Positions 48,789 through 58,497 of a stretch of DNA of 64,000 nucleotides are shown piece after piece (within the stretch, counting starts at the first letter, position 1; the number at the start of each line of letters is the position of its first letter). The position numbers and the translations under genes were made by a program. The notes below the pieces were generated by a model. The model did no database searches, was not told the origin of the DNA, and saw only the letters and a program-made list of their open reading frames with translations. The DNA is taken from positions 256,001 through 320,000 of the forward strand of contig CAWGYA010000008.1 of NCBI GenBank assembly GCA_963826715.1, read 5' to 3'. The stretch comes from Candidatus Bathyarchaeota archaeon (GTDB lineage: Archaea; Thermoproteota; Bathyarchaeia; Bathyarchaeales; Bathycorpusculaceae).

Positions 48789-49834
48789 ATCGGATGGAAC
48801 CCAGTGCTCTTAAGGCCTGTGGTTTCGTCAAGTCCCATGATTATGTTTAGGCATTGTACACCTTGCCCTGCAGCACCCTTGGTCATGTTATCAAGTGCCG
48901 AGAACATTATAAGGCGGTTAGCGTGTTCGTCGATTTCAAAGCCGACATCACAAAAGTTGGTACCCATAGTGATTTTTGGATCAGGCAATTGGTAGGGACC
49001 CTTGAGGTACTTTACAAAACGAACAAATGGTTCAGTACTATACATACCGCGTAGTGCCTTCCAAATGTCTTTGCTGGCAATAGGCTGCTTGGGGAAGCAA
49101 TGAATTGTAGCAAGAATGCCACGCACCATGTTAACAGCATGAGGTGTAAACGAAATTTTAACTTGTTCACCTAATGGTGATAACTCTTGCTCAACTTCAG
49201 CGATATGACGATGCCCTACGACTTTATAGGGGCGCACACCACTAAAGCGCTCAGGATGATGGCTAGCTAGATTAGGTTTACTGCCTCCACCCGAAGAGCC
49301 TACTTTCAAGTCCACAACTATTTTATCTTTATCAATAAAACCGGCCTTGACAATGGGAGCTAACCCAAGAATGGCGGCAGTGGCTTCACAACCCGCACAA
49401 GCTACGAGGTTAGCACTTTTGATTTCTTCCCGATGTAGCTCAGGTAGACCGTAGGCAGCTTCTTTAAGCAATTCAGGGTGAGCGTGTTCCCAGCCATAGT
49501 ACGTTGGATAATCAGCTGGATTTTTTAATCGGAAGTCTGCACTCATGTCGATTACTTTGAGCCCTGCCTCTAGTAGTTTAGGCACTAAGTTAACTGAGCC
49601 GCCGTGGGGGGTTGCTGTGAAAATTAAGTCACAGTTTTTCTGAAGAACCTCCATGTCCTGGGGAACAAATTTTAGCTGGGTCATTCCACGCAGGTTCGGG
49701 TGAACGTTGAAAACATATTCTCCTGCCATCTGCCGCGAAGTGACCGTTGTTACTTCAACCTCGGGATGCATAAGGAGCAGTCTTAGCAGTTCGCTTCCAA
49801 CATATCCTGAACCACCGATTATACCAATTCTCAT
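48785..49834 (-). CDS. lysY: [LysW]-gamma-phosphate reductase (ArgC type)
   Basis: GGSGYVG, DMSADFRL, YGLPE and DNMTKGAAGQ motifs. Confidence 0.93.
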   Translation of the reverse strand: MRIGIIGGSGYVGSELLRLLLMHPEVEVTTVTSRQMAGEYVFNVHPNLRGMTQLKFVPQDMEVLQKNCDLIFTATPHGGSVNLVPKLLEAGLKVIDMSADFRLKNPADYPTYYGWEHAHPELLKEAAYGLPELHREEIKSANLVACAGCEATAAILGLAPIVKAGFIDKDKIVVDLKVGSSGGGSKPNLASHHPERFSGVRPYKVVGHRHIAEVEQELSPLGEQVKISFTPHAVNMVRGILATIHCFPKQPIASKDIWKALRGMYSTEPFVRFVKYLKGPYQLPDPKITMGTNFCDVGFEIDEHANRLIMFSALDNMTKGAAGQGVQCLNIIMGLDETTGLKSTGFHPM

Positions 49835-49861
49835 TTCATGTTTCCTCTCAATATTTAGTTC

Positions 49862-51046
49862 TTAATGATCAATTAGACTAATAGCACCCCGTAACAATGT
49901 CTCAGCCATGTTATGCCCTGTTGCCAATCTCGTGTTTTCCCAGAACTCAGGGCAAGAATTCGACTCATGAAACACAAGGGCGCGCAGATTTTTCTCTACG
50001 TTTTCTTCAATAATAGTTTTTATTCGCTCATAAGCCAAATTTTGTTTGTAGATTTTGAAGGCTGCTTCAAGCTCGCTATTCCACGCTTCAAAATCGGTTA
50101 ACCGGGAATCGTTCAATTTCACCTTCTGCACAGGCAAAAACGCCTTTGCAGCCAAATCTAACTGCTCCTTAAGATATGCCTCATCCGCATTCTTATGATC
50201 CTTAACATCCACCATAGCATCAAGCGCAAAAATCCATGCGTCACTACCATTACTTAGGGCTTTGCCGCATTTCACCGCCAATTCCTGAACATATTGAGGC
50301 AATTTTGCATCAAAAACAAGGTTTCCAAGGAAAGTGTTAGTTCGAAAATCTTTGAAGCCTGCGCGAACCATCGATATGGGAAAACAAACAGGTTCTTTAC
50401 CCCACTCTTGGGAAACGATTATGCGTAGATCATAGAACCACTTCGACACAAGCTGTTGTGCAACGACACCTATGGGGTTGATAATTCCGGGTTTAGTTTC
50501 TTTGATGTTTGCTTCAAGCTCTTCGCGGGTTTTAGAAAGCATAATCATTTTGCCATGGGTACCCGCATCTGCCTTTATGACGATGCCCTCGGCTAGAGGA
50601 ATTTCTGCTTCGAAGAGGTCAGCTATGTCTTTTTCGTTATGAATTTCGCGACCGTTCTTCATTATGTCGGTTGCGTCGCAGGGTACAAATATGGTTTTGG
50701 GAATCGGCAAGCCTTGCTTATGGAGGTTTAGGAGGGTGCGAAGTTTGCTGTAGCATACAAACTCTATCTGCGAGCTGTTTAGAGTTTTTTTCCCTATCGA
50801 TTCCATAATATAGGATGCTTGAAGACGGCGATTCTTGCTCTGGGCACGGTTAAGCACCACTTTGGTGTCCTGGAAGGTTTTTGTGTAGTCCTTGCCCTTG
50901 GTTTTAGCGCTAAAACCGTCTTTTCCTATGCTTAGCGCTATCTTTCGAAAGGGGATATAAGTTAAATCTATACCAAGTTGCTTAGCGGTAAGTTTTATGC
51001 CGTTTTCATCGTTCTCCGAACGCTCATAAAGAAGTGCAATGCTCAT
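49862..51046 (-). CDS. Divergent LysX/ArgX-type ATP-grasp ligase
   Basis: Directly after lysW; IPKT, DLRI, FRTNT and ESNSCPEF motifs; longer than usual. Confidence 0.75.
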   Translation of the reverse strand: MSIALLYERSENDENGIKLTAKQLGIDLTYIPFRKIALSIGKDGFSAKTKGKDYTKTFQDTKVVLNRAQSKNRRLQASYIMESIGKKTLNSSQIEFVCYSKLRTLLNLHKQGLPIPKTIFVPCDATDIMKNGREIHNEKDIADLFEAEIPLAEGIVIKADAGTHGKMIMLSKTREELEANIKETKPGIINPIGVVAQQLVSKWFYDLRIIVSQEWGKEPVCFPISMVRAGFKDFRTNTFLGNLVFDAKLPQYVQELAVKCGKALSNGSDAWIFALDAMVDVKDHKNADEAYLKEQLDLAAKAFLPVQKVKLNDSRLTDFEAWNSELEAAFKIYKQNLAYERIKTIIEENVEKNLRALVFHESNSCPEFWENTRLATGHNMAETLLRGAISLIDH

Positions 51047-51117
51047 TGCGTTCAGCGTCCAGGAAAACTTTTGCCTTAAAAGGGTGGTTTAACAAAATAG
51101 AAATTGGTGAATACTGT

Positions 51118-51321
51118 TTATTCGCCCCAGTCTTCGCCTTCAATTGTTAACTCTTGAAGGTCTACGCATCCACCTTTGATTTGTTTAACTTCAAGCTCAA
51201 GTCCGCATCCGGGGCAACTCAAAATTTCGCCTTTTTCGGTGTCACAAGGAACATCAAGGTCTGCCTCGCAGTCAGGGCATTTTGCTTGTACATTTTCATG
51301 CTGATTTGCTTGTTTTATCAT
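51118..51321 (-). CDS. lysW: Amino-group carrier protein LysW
   Basis: CPDC...CPGC and the C-terminal EDWGE. Confidence 0.95.
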   Translation of the reverse strand: MIKQANQHENVQAKCPDCEADLDVPCDTEKGEILSCPGCGLELEVKQIKGGCVDLQELTIEGEDWGE

Positions 51322-51380
51322 TTTTGTTCGTCATCACTTTATTTTTTATTGGAAATGTCATTTTGAGTATTTCGGGTAAC

Positions 51381-51439
51381 TTTTAAACATTGTGACTTAT
51401 TTGTTACAACTTAGACTGCTAATGTTCCATTTGGTGCAC
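51381..51439 (-). promoter_or_regulatory. lysW promoter/operator cassette matching the one at argG
   Basis: TTTTAAACAT-TGTGACTTATTTGTTAC-N13-AATGTTCCATTTGGTGCAC. Confidence 0.75.
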
Positions 51440-51561
51440 CCAGCCCAACGCCACATCATCACACAAAACGTATCCTACTTAACGAAAAACGCATTATACA
51501 CACAATATCAGTATGGAAAACGTTAAATTTTTCAAGGATAATAAATTCAGGTGAAAAACCC

Positions 51562-51972
51562 ATGGACGAGAAAGACAAGCAAATCATAAAAATCCTCAAA
51601 GACGACGCTCGATCAGGTTACGGCGACATAGGCAGCAAAATCGGTCTTTCTGAAGGAGCCGTCCGCAAACGCATCAAAACCTTAACTGATGACAATATCA
51701 TACGAAAGTTCACCGTAAAAGTCAACGTCGCAGAAGGCACCCAAGCTATCACCCTACTAGCCACAGACCCCGCTTTCCCCACTGTGGAAGTCTCAAAAAA
51801 AATTCAAGAACTCTCAAACGTCGAAACCATCTATGAAGTTACAGGTGAATACGATATAGTCGCGGTAATCGGCGGAATGAGCGTCACCGAAGTTAACGAA
51901 TGTATAGAAAAAATCCGAAGAGTTGAGGGCATTATGAAAACTAACACCATGATAGTGCTCCGAAATTGGTAA
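51562..51972 (+). CDS. Lrp/AsnC regulator (LysM-like)
   Basis: MDEKDKQIIKIL..DAR, LSEGAVRKRIK and VTGEYD motifs; divergent from lysW. Confidence 0.9.
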   Translation: MDEKDKQIIKILKDDARSGYGDIGSKIGLSEGAVRKRIKTLTDDNIIRKFTVKVNVAEGTQAITLLATDPAFPTVEVSKKIQELSNVETIYEVTGEYDIVAVIGGMSVTEVNECIEKIRRVEGIMKTNTMIVLRNW

Positions 51973-51996
51973 GAGCGTGAATCCTTCAGAGCTTAA

Positions 51997-52710
51997 TTAA
52001 CTTCTTACCTGCTCTATCTTTTCGACACCACAATTGTCACCAATATAGGCGATATCAGTTAACCCGATAAAAAAACCAGTTTCTACAACGCCTGGAATCA
52101 TCTTCAATTTAACAGCCAAAATAGTTGGGTCTACAATTTCGCCTAAATAGACATCTAATATGGCGTTTCCGTTATCAGTTATAGTTGGCCCCAATTTACC
52201 TCTGCTCTCACGCACCACCGCTTTCCCACCAAGCGATGCAATTTTCTGTTTAACTAACGCAATAGCGAATGGTAAAACCTCGACAGGGACAAACTGATTT
52301 TTTTCCCCAAGTAACTTTACCTTTTTTTGTTGATCAGCAATTATTACATTAAATTTGGAAGCCGATGCAACAATTTTTTCTCGTGCCAGTGCCGCACCAC
52401 CCCCTTTGATTAGGAATAATTCAGAGGTCAATTGATCTGCACCGTCAATGGTAACGTCAACAGTTGGGTGTTCATCAAGAGTTGTCACTTGAATGCCGCA
52501 TTCAACCGCAAGCAGAAAAGCCTGATATGATGTAGGAACGCCCAGCAAATGGAGATTTTCAACTTTAATACGTTCACCGAGTGCTTCAATCGCATAAGCA
52601 GCAGTACTTCCACTGCCTAAACCGACAACAAAGCCATCATAAACATGCTTGACTGCTTCTAATGCCGCGTTTTTCTTCTGCATTACAAGTAGGTCTTGGT
52701 TATCCTTCAA
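51997..52710 (-). CDS. rpiA: Ribose-5-phosphate isomerase A
   Basis: GLGSGST, DGAD, KGGGAALAREK and GVVETG motifs. Confidence 0.95.
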   Translation of the reverse strand: MKDNQDLLVMQKKNAALEAVKHVYDGFVVGLGSGSTAAYAIEALGERIKVENLHLLGVPTSYQAFLLAVECGIQVTTLDEHPTVDVTIDGADQLTSELFLIKGGGAALAREKIVASASKFNVIIADQQKKVKLLGEKNQFVPVEVLPFAIALVKQKIASLGGKAVVRESRGKLGPTITDNGNAILDVYLGEIVDPTILAVKLKMIPGVVETGFFIGLTDIAYIGDNCGVEKIEQVRS

Positions 52711-53482
52711 TTTCCATCTGCCCTAATTTATCTAAAACTTTTTCGACTTCACTGCGTATGGATTCTATGCGTCGTTCAGCTTCTGTTTTGGCGGTGGGTT
52801 TCTCTTCAGGCGATTTGCGTTTTCGTTTGGGTTTTTCTTGTCGACTCTTGGTTTCTTCGGTATCCTCTTCTTCCTCGTTTTCTTCGTCTTCTTCTGCCTC
52901 ATCTATTTGCACGGACTGCGTTGGCATTTTAATTGGGATTTCACGGATTGGTTTAACGTCAATTCTGCCACGGAGTTCCTCTACTTTGTTTGTGAGTTCG
53001 CCGAATCGCTCACTGAAGAGTTTCATGAGGTCTTCCTGCATCCCTTCAAGTTCATGCAGAGCAATAATGGATTCGTCTTTTGAAATGGATTCTTTGATGG
53101 TGTTCATACGATGCTTGTAGCTAGCAGCGAGTTTTTCACGTTCACCTTCAGTAATTTTCCCTTCCGCTTGCGCCTCGTAGAGCCTCCGAATTGCGTCTCC
53201 GAGAATTTCGCGTTCCAAATCCAACATGCGTAATTCATCTTTGGCACTTGTTGCCATGGGGCCTTGGACACTTTTAGAAATTTTAAAAGGTATACTACTG
53301 AATTCGAGGTCAACTGTGTCAGGTTGAGTTTGCGATTTCAACTGTGGATTGGACTTTTGTTGCTTTGGTGAGTTAGGTTTCTTGGTGTTGTATCTACGCA
53401 TGGCAAAAATGACCGTACCGCAGGCGATGATAATCACTAGAGCGATTGCTACAACCATTATTGGGTCATCATACCAAACCAC
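52700..53482 (-). CDS. Membrane-anchored coiled-coil protein
   Basis: N-terminal TM helix, heptad-rich core and acidic linker. Confidence 0.7.
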   Translation of the reverse strand: MVWYDDPIMVVAIALVIIIACGTVIFAMRRYNTKKPNSPKQQKSNPQLKSQTQPDTVDLEFSSIPFKISKSVQGPMATSAKDELRMLDLEREILGDAIRRLYEAQAEGKITEGEREKLAASYKHRMNTIKESISKDESIIALHELEGMQEDLMKLFSERFGELTNKVEELRGRIDVKPIREIPIKMPTQSVQIDEAEEDEENEEEEDTEETKSRQEKPKRKRKSPEEKPTAKTEAERRIESIRSEVEKVLDKLGQMEIEG

Positions 53483-53560
53483 GCCATGCCAACCTCAGTA
53501 CCTGATTGTTCACCATACATATATTAGTTAATATATTGGCTATGTTTGGCGGTTCAAGTT

Positions 53561-55146
53561 TAAATATTATTGGTTTTTGACAAAAAATAAGTCAATATTG
53601 TCCGTAAAAATTTGCCATTATTATATCAAAACTATCGAAAAAAGCTACAAAAAAAGGCGTCCTAACGAAGCGAATACGCATCAGTTATATGGCTTTTAAT
53701 AATGAGTATGTTTTACTATAAAATCCAATTCAGAAAACTGAGAGTTAAGGATCTTATAGCAATTCATAGTTCAAAGTAAAAAGAAAATCAAGAAAACGAA
53801 ATCGTGAGAGGGAGGGGCTTAATTTGAAACATGAAATTACTGAAAACCCGACCGAGGAAACGCTAGATCCCAACGATTGGGAATCTACGCGAAAACTTGG
53901 TCACAAAATGGTTGATGACATAGTAAATTATCTGAAAACTGTTCGAGAGCGCCCCGTTTGGCAAAAAATTCCCGACGAAGTCAAATCGCAGTTTACCACA
54001 CCGTTACCGATTGATCCCGAACAACCTGAAGAAGTATACAAGGAATTTGTGGAAAAAGTACTACCATACCCGATGGGAAATATCCATCCTCGCTTCTGGG
54101 GTTGGATACTTGGAACAGGAACCATCACGGGGGCTTACGCCGAGTTGTTAGCGGCTGCTATGAACACAAACAACGGTGGGGGTAATCATATTGCAAACTA
54201 CGTTGAAAAACAGGTAATTGATTGGATTAAGGAAATGCTTCAATTCACACCCTCAGCGAGCGGTGTATTAACTAGCGGCTGTTCAGCCTCAAATCTAATC
54301 GGGTTAACAGTTGCTCGAAATTCAAAAGCAGGTTTTAATATTCGCCAAAAAGGTAAATATTATTGGTTTTTGACAAAAAATAAGTCAATATTGTCCGTAA
54401 AAATTTGCCATTATTATATCAAAACTATCGAAAAAAGCTACAAAAAAAGGCGTCCTAACGAAGCGAATACGCATCAGTTATATGGCTTTTAATAATGAGT
54501 ATGTTTTACTATAAAATCCAATTCAGAAAACTGAGAGTTAAGGATCTTATAGCAATTCATAGTTCAAAGTAAAAAGAAAATCAAGAAAACGAAATCGTGA
54601 GAGGGAGGGGCTTAATTTGAAACATGAAATTACTGAAAACCCGACCGAGGAAACGCTAGATCCCAACGATTGGGAATCTACGCGAAAACTTGGTCACAAA
54701 ATGGTTGATGACATAGTAAATTATCTGAAAACTGTTCGAGAGCGCCCCGTTTGGCAAAAAATTCCCGACGAAGTCAAATCGCAGTTTACCACACCGTTAC
54801 CGATTGATCCCGAACAACCTGAAGAAGTATACAAGGAATTTGTGGAAAAAGTACTACCATACCCGATGGGAAATATCCATCCTCGCTTCTGGGGTTGGAT
54901 ACTTGGAACAGGAACCATCACGGGGGCTTACGCCGAGTTGTTAGCGGCTGCTATGAACACAAACAACGGTGGGGGTAATCATATTGCAAACTACGTTGAA
55001 AAACAGGTAATTGATTGGATTAAGGAAATGCTTCAATTCACACCCTCAGCGAGCGGTGTATTAACTAGCGGCTGTTCAGCCTCAAATCTAATCGGGTTAA
55101 CAGTTGCTCGAAATTCAAAAGCAGGTTTTAATATTCGCCAAAAAGG
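53561..55146 (+). repeat. 793-bp tandem duplication (53561-54353 and 54354-55146)
   Basis: Same promoter and 5' coding sequence offset by 793 nt; junction reads ...CCAAAAAGG|TAAATATTAT. Confidence 0.93.
53824..54492 (+). pseudogene. Truncated 5' copy of the PLP decarboxylase
   Basis: Identical to the N-terminus of 54617-56110 up to RQKG, then reads into duplicated promoter DNA. Confidence 0.8.
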
Positions 55147-56110
55147 GCTGCAAGATTCACAAAAAAAGATGGTGCTCTATGCTAGTGAAGAAGCCCATAG
55201 TTCAATCCAAAAAGCAATCGAGCTTATGGGACTTGGAAGCGAATCATTACGATTGTTACCAGTTAACGACCAATTCCAAATTGACATTTCAAAACTGAAA
55301 GAGTCTATTGCCAACGACCAGTCGAATGGTTTTTCACCTTTCTGTGTTGTTGGAGCAGCAGGCACAACAAATACAGGAAGTGTAGATGATCTTAACGCTT
55401 TAGCGATTGTTTGTAAAAAGGAAAAACTTTGGTTCCATGTTGATGGTGCGTTTGGTGCGTGGGCTCGCCTGTCGCAGAAGGCAAAAACTGCTGTTTCAGG
55501 AATTGAGCTAGCTGACTCGTTAGCTTTGGATTTACATAAGTGGATGTATATGCCATATGAAATTGGCTGCATTCTCGTACGAAATGAAAACCAGCATCGT
55601 AATGCCTTCTCTTTGACTCCAAATTACCTTTCGCACGGTAAAGGAGAACACGGTGTAGCTGGGGGTGATTTACCCTGGTTTAGCGATTACAGTTATGAAC
55701 TTTCTCGAGGATTTCGAGCTCTTAAAGCGTGGATGTCTATCAAGGAGAATGGGTCACGAAAGTACGCCCGAATAATTCAACAGAATATAGATCAAACTCT
55801 TTACTTGGGTGAACTCGTCAAAGCATCAACTGAATTATCACTTTCCGCGCCAATTACGCTAAATATTGTTTGCTTTCGGTTTGTCTCGCCAGATTTGGAT
55901 GAGGCGACCCTAGATAAAATTAACAAAATGATAGCGATTGATTTACAGGAACGTGGTGTTGCGGTTTTAACAGGCACTAATATCGGCGGCAAGTACGTTC
56001 TAAGGGTAGCTAATACTAATCATCGCAGCCGACGGAAAGACTTCGAAGTCTTAGTGAAAGAAGTATTGATTGTTGGAAAAAGATTAAAATTTTTTCATGA
56101 AATAACATGA
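54617..56110 (+). CDS. Group II PLP-dependent decarboxylase (aromatic-L-amino-acid/DAB-like)
   Basis: HPRFWG, AHSSIQKA, GTTNTGSVD, HVDGAFG and DLHKW motifs. Confidence 0.92.
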   Translation: MKHEITENPTEETLDPNDWESTRKLGHKMVDDIVNYLKTVRERPVWQKIPDEVKSQFTTPLPIDPEQPEEVYKEFVEKVLPYPMGNIHPRFWGWILGTGTITGAYAELLAAAMNTNNGGGNHIANYVEKQVIDWIKEMLQFTPSASGVLTSGCSASNLIGLTVARNSKAGFNIRQKGLQDSQKKMVLYASEEAHSSIQKAIELMGLGSESLRLLPVNDQFQIDISKLKESIANDQSNGFSPFCVVGAAGTTNTGSVDDLNALAIVCKKEKLWFHVDGAFGAWARLSQKAKTAVSGIELADSLALDLHKWMYMPYEIGCILVRNENQHRNAFSLTPNYLSHGKGEHGVAGGDLPWFSDYSYELSRGFRALKAWMSIKENGSRKYARIIQQNIDQTLYLGELVKASTELSLSAPITLNIVCFRFVSPDLDEATLDKINKMIAIDLQERGVAVLTGTNIGGKYVLRVANTNHRSRRKDFEVLVKEVLIVGKRLKFFHEIT

Positions 56111-56506
56111 TGCGATCAATAAGTGCAGGTTCGCTAATATCTTCTTGGAAAAGCACCAGCGAAACACGAGAATTTCACAAACAATTTTCTGTTATCATTC
56201 ATACAAAAAGATAATAGTGAAGCAAAGAAGGCGTTAATAGAGCCAGCTAAACTTAGAAAATGTTTAGGATAAAATCTTGGGCTTAACAGACCTTTTATTT
56301 GTTTAACAGGTTTCGTTTTTTGAGTTAAGAGGATATCGTCTTTCTTAGCAGACCTCATCATATAGGCATAACAGCCTAATATAATTGCTAAAAATAAAGT
56401 GGCAAATTTTCTAAACCACACTTCTCATGTATCAATAAAGGCAAACAAAAGTAGAAAAAATAGTGGGATTAGCTTTAAATCTTAAAACCTTACACAGGAA
56501 TTAGTT

Positions 56507-56875
56507 ATGAGAGTCTTACCTATTCTGGGCGGTATTGCAGCTACAGTGTTATTCTTTTTTGCAGTTATCTTTGTGCTTTCTTCTTCCTATGCGGGACTTA
56601 CTGTCCAAGCTGCACAAACAAGATTGCTTACAAGTGGTATCTTATTTATCATTGGCTTAGCAGTCGTAGTAGGCATCTACGCTGTGACACGCAAACCCAA
56701 AACGGTAATTCAACATCTTGAAGTTTCAGGGCAGATGCATGCAGCCCAAATCAAGTGTCCAAACTGCGGCGCATCCATCGATGCCAACCAAATTAAAATT
56801 GTTCAAGGTGTTCCCTTTGTTAAATGTCCTTATTGTGGGACTACATTTGAAGTTACTGAGGAGCCGAAATGGTAA
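56507..56875 (+). CDS. Two-TM protein with C-terminal zinc ribbon
   Basis: Two hydrophobic helices, then CPNC...CPYC; overlaps the start of the next gene. Confidence 0.8.
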   Translation: MRVLPILGGIAATVLFFFAVIFVLSSSYAGLTVQAAQTRLLTSGILFIIGLAVVVGIYAVTRKPKTVIQHLEVSGQMHAAQIKCPNCGASIDANQIKIVQGVPFVKCPYCGTTFEVTEEPKW

Positions 56876-58497
56876 AACGAACATTTTTGCTTGTTGCTTT
56901 TCTTGCCTTTGTGTTCGCTTTGTCAACTGTGAGCTTTGCTAGTGCCCAAATTGACTATTCAGTCGACCATGAGTGGGCTCAAATCTTCATTAACCAAGAT
57001 GGCACAATCGACTTAACGTATAATATCACTCTCAGTGTCAACTCAGGAATTATCCATGGTTTCTATGTTGGGCAGCCCAATGGTGATTTCACCATCGGTC
57101 AAGCTATGGACGAATTTGGCAATCAACTACAAATCTCAGATGCGAGCAGCGGCAGCGACTCTCGCATTGACGTAACCTTAAACCAACCCTTAACCCAAGG
57201 ACAATCAGTCTGGTTCCAAGTCACCACCAATGTGGGAAGCATGATAAGCAACGACACCAGCAACCCTGGTAATTATGGAATGCAATTCATCCCTCAGTGG
57301 ATTTCGGATGTACCCATCAGCGATGTGAGAGTACAAATTATACTCCCTGAAGGCGTAGGCATAGACAATGTGAAAACTACAACGAACTTCTACAATGCCT
57401 CCTCTGTAGTCGAAGGACACTTAGCGGTTTACTGGGAGAAGCCCCAGATTGGCGCTGGAGAACAATTCATGGTGGGCGTTTCTTTCCCAGCAAGTTTTCT
57501 GCCAAACTACACACCACCCAGCCCAGGAGTGTTCGACGCAGCAGGCGAAATCATCGCCACCGTGGGTGTAATCGCTGCTGTTCTTATATTCTTCGCCATC
57601 ATCATTTGGGCAATTCGCAAAAACAAAAGCAGCTATACCACACCGAAGATCAGCATGGAAACACTAGGAATCAAGCGGGGCCTAACAGCGGTTGAAGCCT
57701 CATACCTACTGGATCTCAAGCCACAGCAAATTGTTACCGAAATCCTCTACAGTCTACTACAGAAACGCGCGGTCTGGACCGTTGAAACTAAGCCCTCACT
57801 TAAACTAAAAGTGCTCCAACCGTATGAGAACAAAACTGGCACAGCCGAAAATCCACTTTATTACTACGAAATCGATTTCCTCCACTCACTCAACTCTGAC
57901 GGTAGTCTAAACGAAGAAAAACTAGCTCACACCATCATGTTTCTCCGTGATACTGTCGAGCAGAAGCTACAAGGTTATAATCGAAAAGAAACAGTAGATT
58001 ACTATCGAAAAATCATCGCGACCGCATGGGGGCAAGTAGAAAAGGCAGGCACCCCAGAACTAGCATCGAATGCCTATGACGAACAATTACTTTGGCTGAT
58101 GCTTGATCCCGCCCAGAAAAGTCACACTGAAACAGCGTTCAAGAATCGACCTTTCCAACCGAATCCACTTTGGTTCTGGTGGTGGTACGGCTACACAGTC
58201 TATCATCCCCACCCTATAGTTACACCAAACGTTAATTCACCATTACAATCTGGTAAACCACCGGCAATTCCAGGCGCCGATTTCGCAAATAACATTGCCA
58301 CCGCCGTTGAAAAAACATCGAACAACATTGTTGTCAATATCGAAAAATTCGCCAATGCCATTGTTCCACCACCACCAAAAGCTAGCCACACTCCCGCCCA
58401 CAAAGGAGCCGATTGTGTATGCGCCTGCGCAGCATGCGCGTGTGCCTGCGCCTGCGTGAGTTGTGCTTGTGCATGTGCAGGAGGAGGAGGGCACTAA
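56869..58497 (+). CDS. Single-pass membrane protein (DUF2207-like) with Cys-Ala repeat tail
   Basis: Signal peptide, beta-rich ectodomain, one TM helix, cytoplasmic domain ending CVCACAACACACACVSCACACAGGGGH. Confidence 0.8.
   Translation: MVKRTFLLVAFLAFVFALSTVSFASAQIDYSVDHEWAQIFINQDGTIDLTYNITLSVNSGIIHGFYVGQPNGDFTIGQAMDEFGNQLQISDASSGSDSRIDVTLNQPLTQGQSVWFQVTTNVGSMISNDTSNPGNYGMQFIPQWISDVPISDVRVQIILPEGVGIDNVKTTTNFYNASSVVEGHLAVYWEKPQIGAGEQFMVGVSFPASFLPNYTPPSPGVFDAAGEIIATVGVIAAVLIFFAIIIWAIRKNKSSYTTPKISMETLGIKRGLTAVEASYLLDLKPQQIVTEILYSLLQKRAVWTVETKPSLKLKVLQPYENKTGTAENPLYYYEIDFLHSLNSDGSLNEEKLAHTIMFLRDTVEQKLQGYNRKETVDYYRKIIATAWGQVEKAGTPELASNAYDEQLLWLMLDPAQKSHTETAFKNRPFQPNPLWFWWWYGYTVYHPHPIVTPNVNSPLQSGKPPAIPGADFANNIATAVEKTSNNIVVNIEKFANAIVPPPPKASHTPAHKGADCVCACAACACACACVSCACACAGGGGH

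Noticed and set aside
56134-56421. 95-aa minus-strand ORF as a possible RiPP precursor
   Set aside because: Opposite strand to the operon, AT-rich, no leader/core pattern; probably spurious.
58243-58494. Antisense Cys/Thr-rich ORF over the Cys-Ala tail
   Set aside because: It is a shadow of the near-palindromic TGC-GCA codon repeat on the coding strand.
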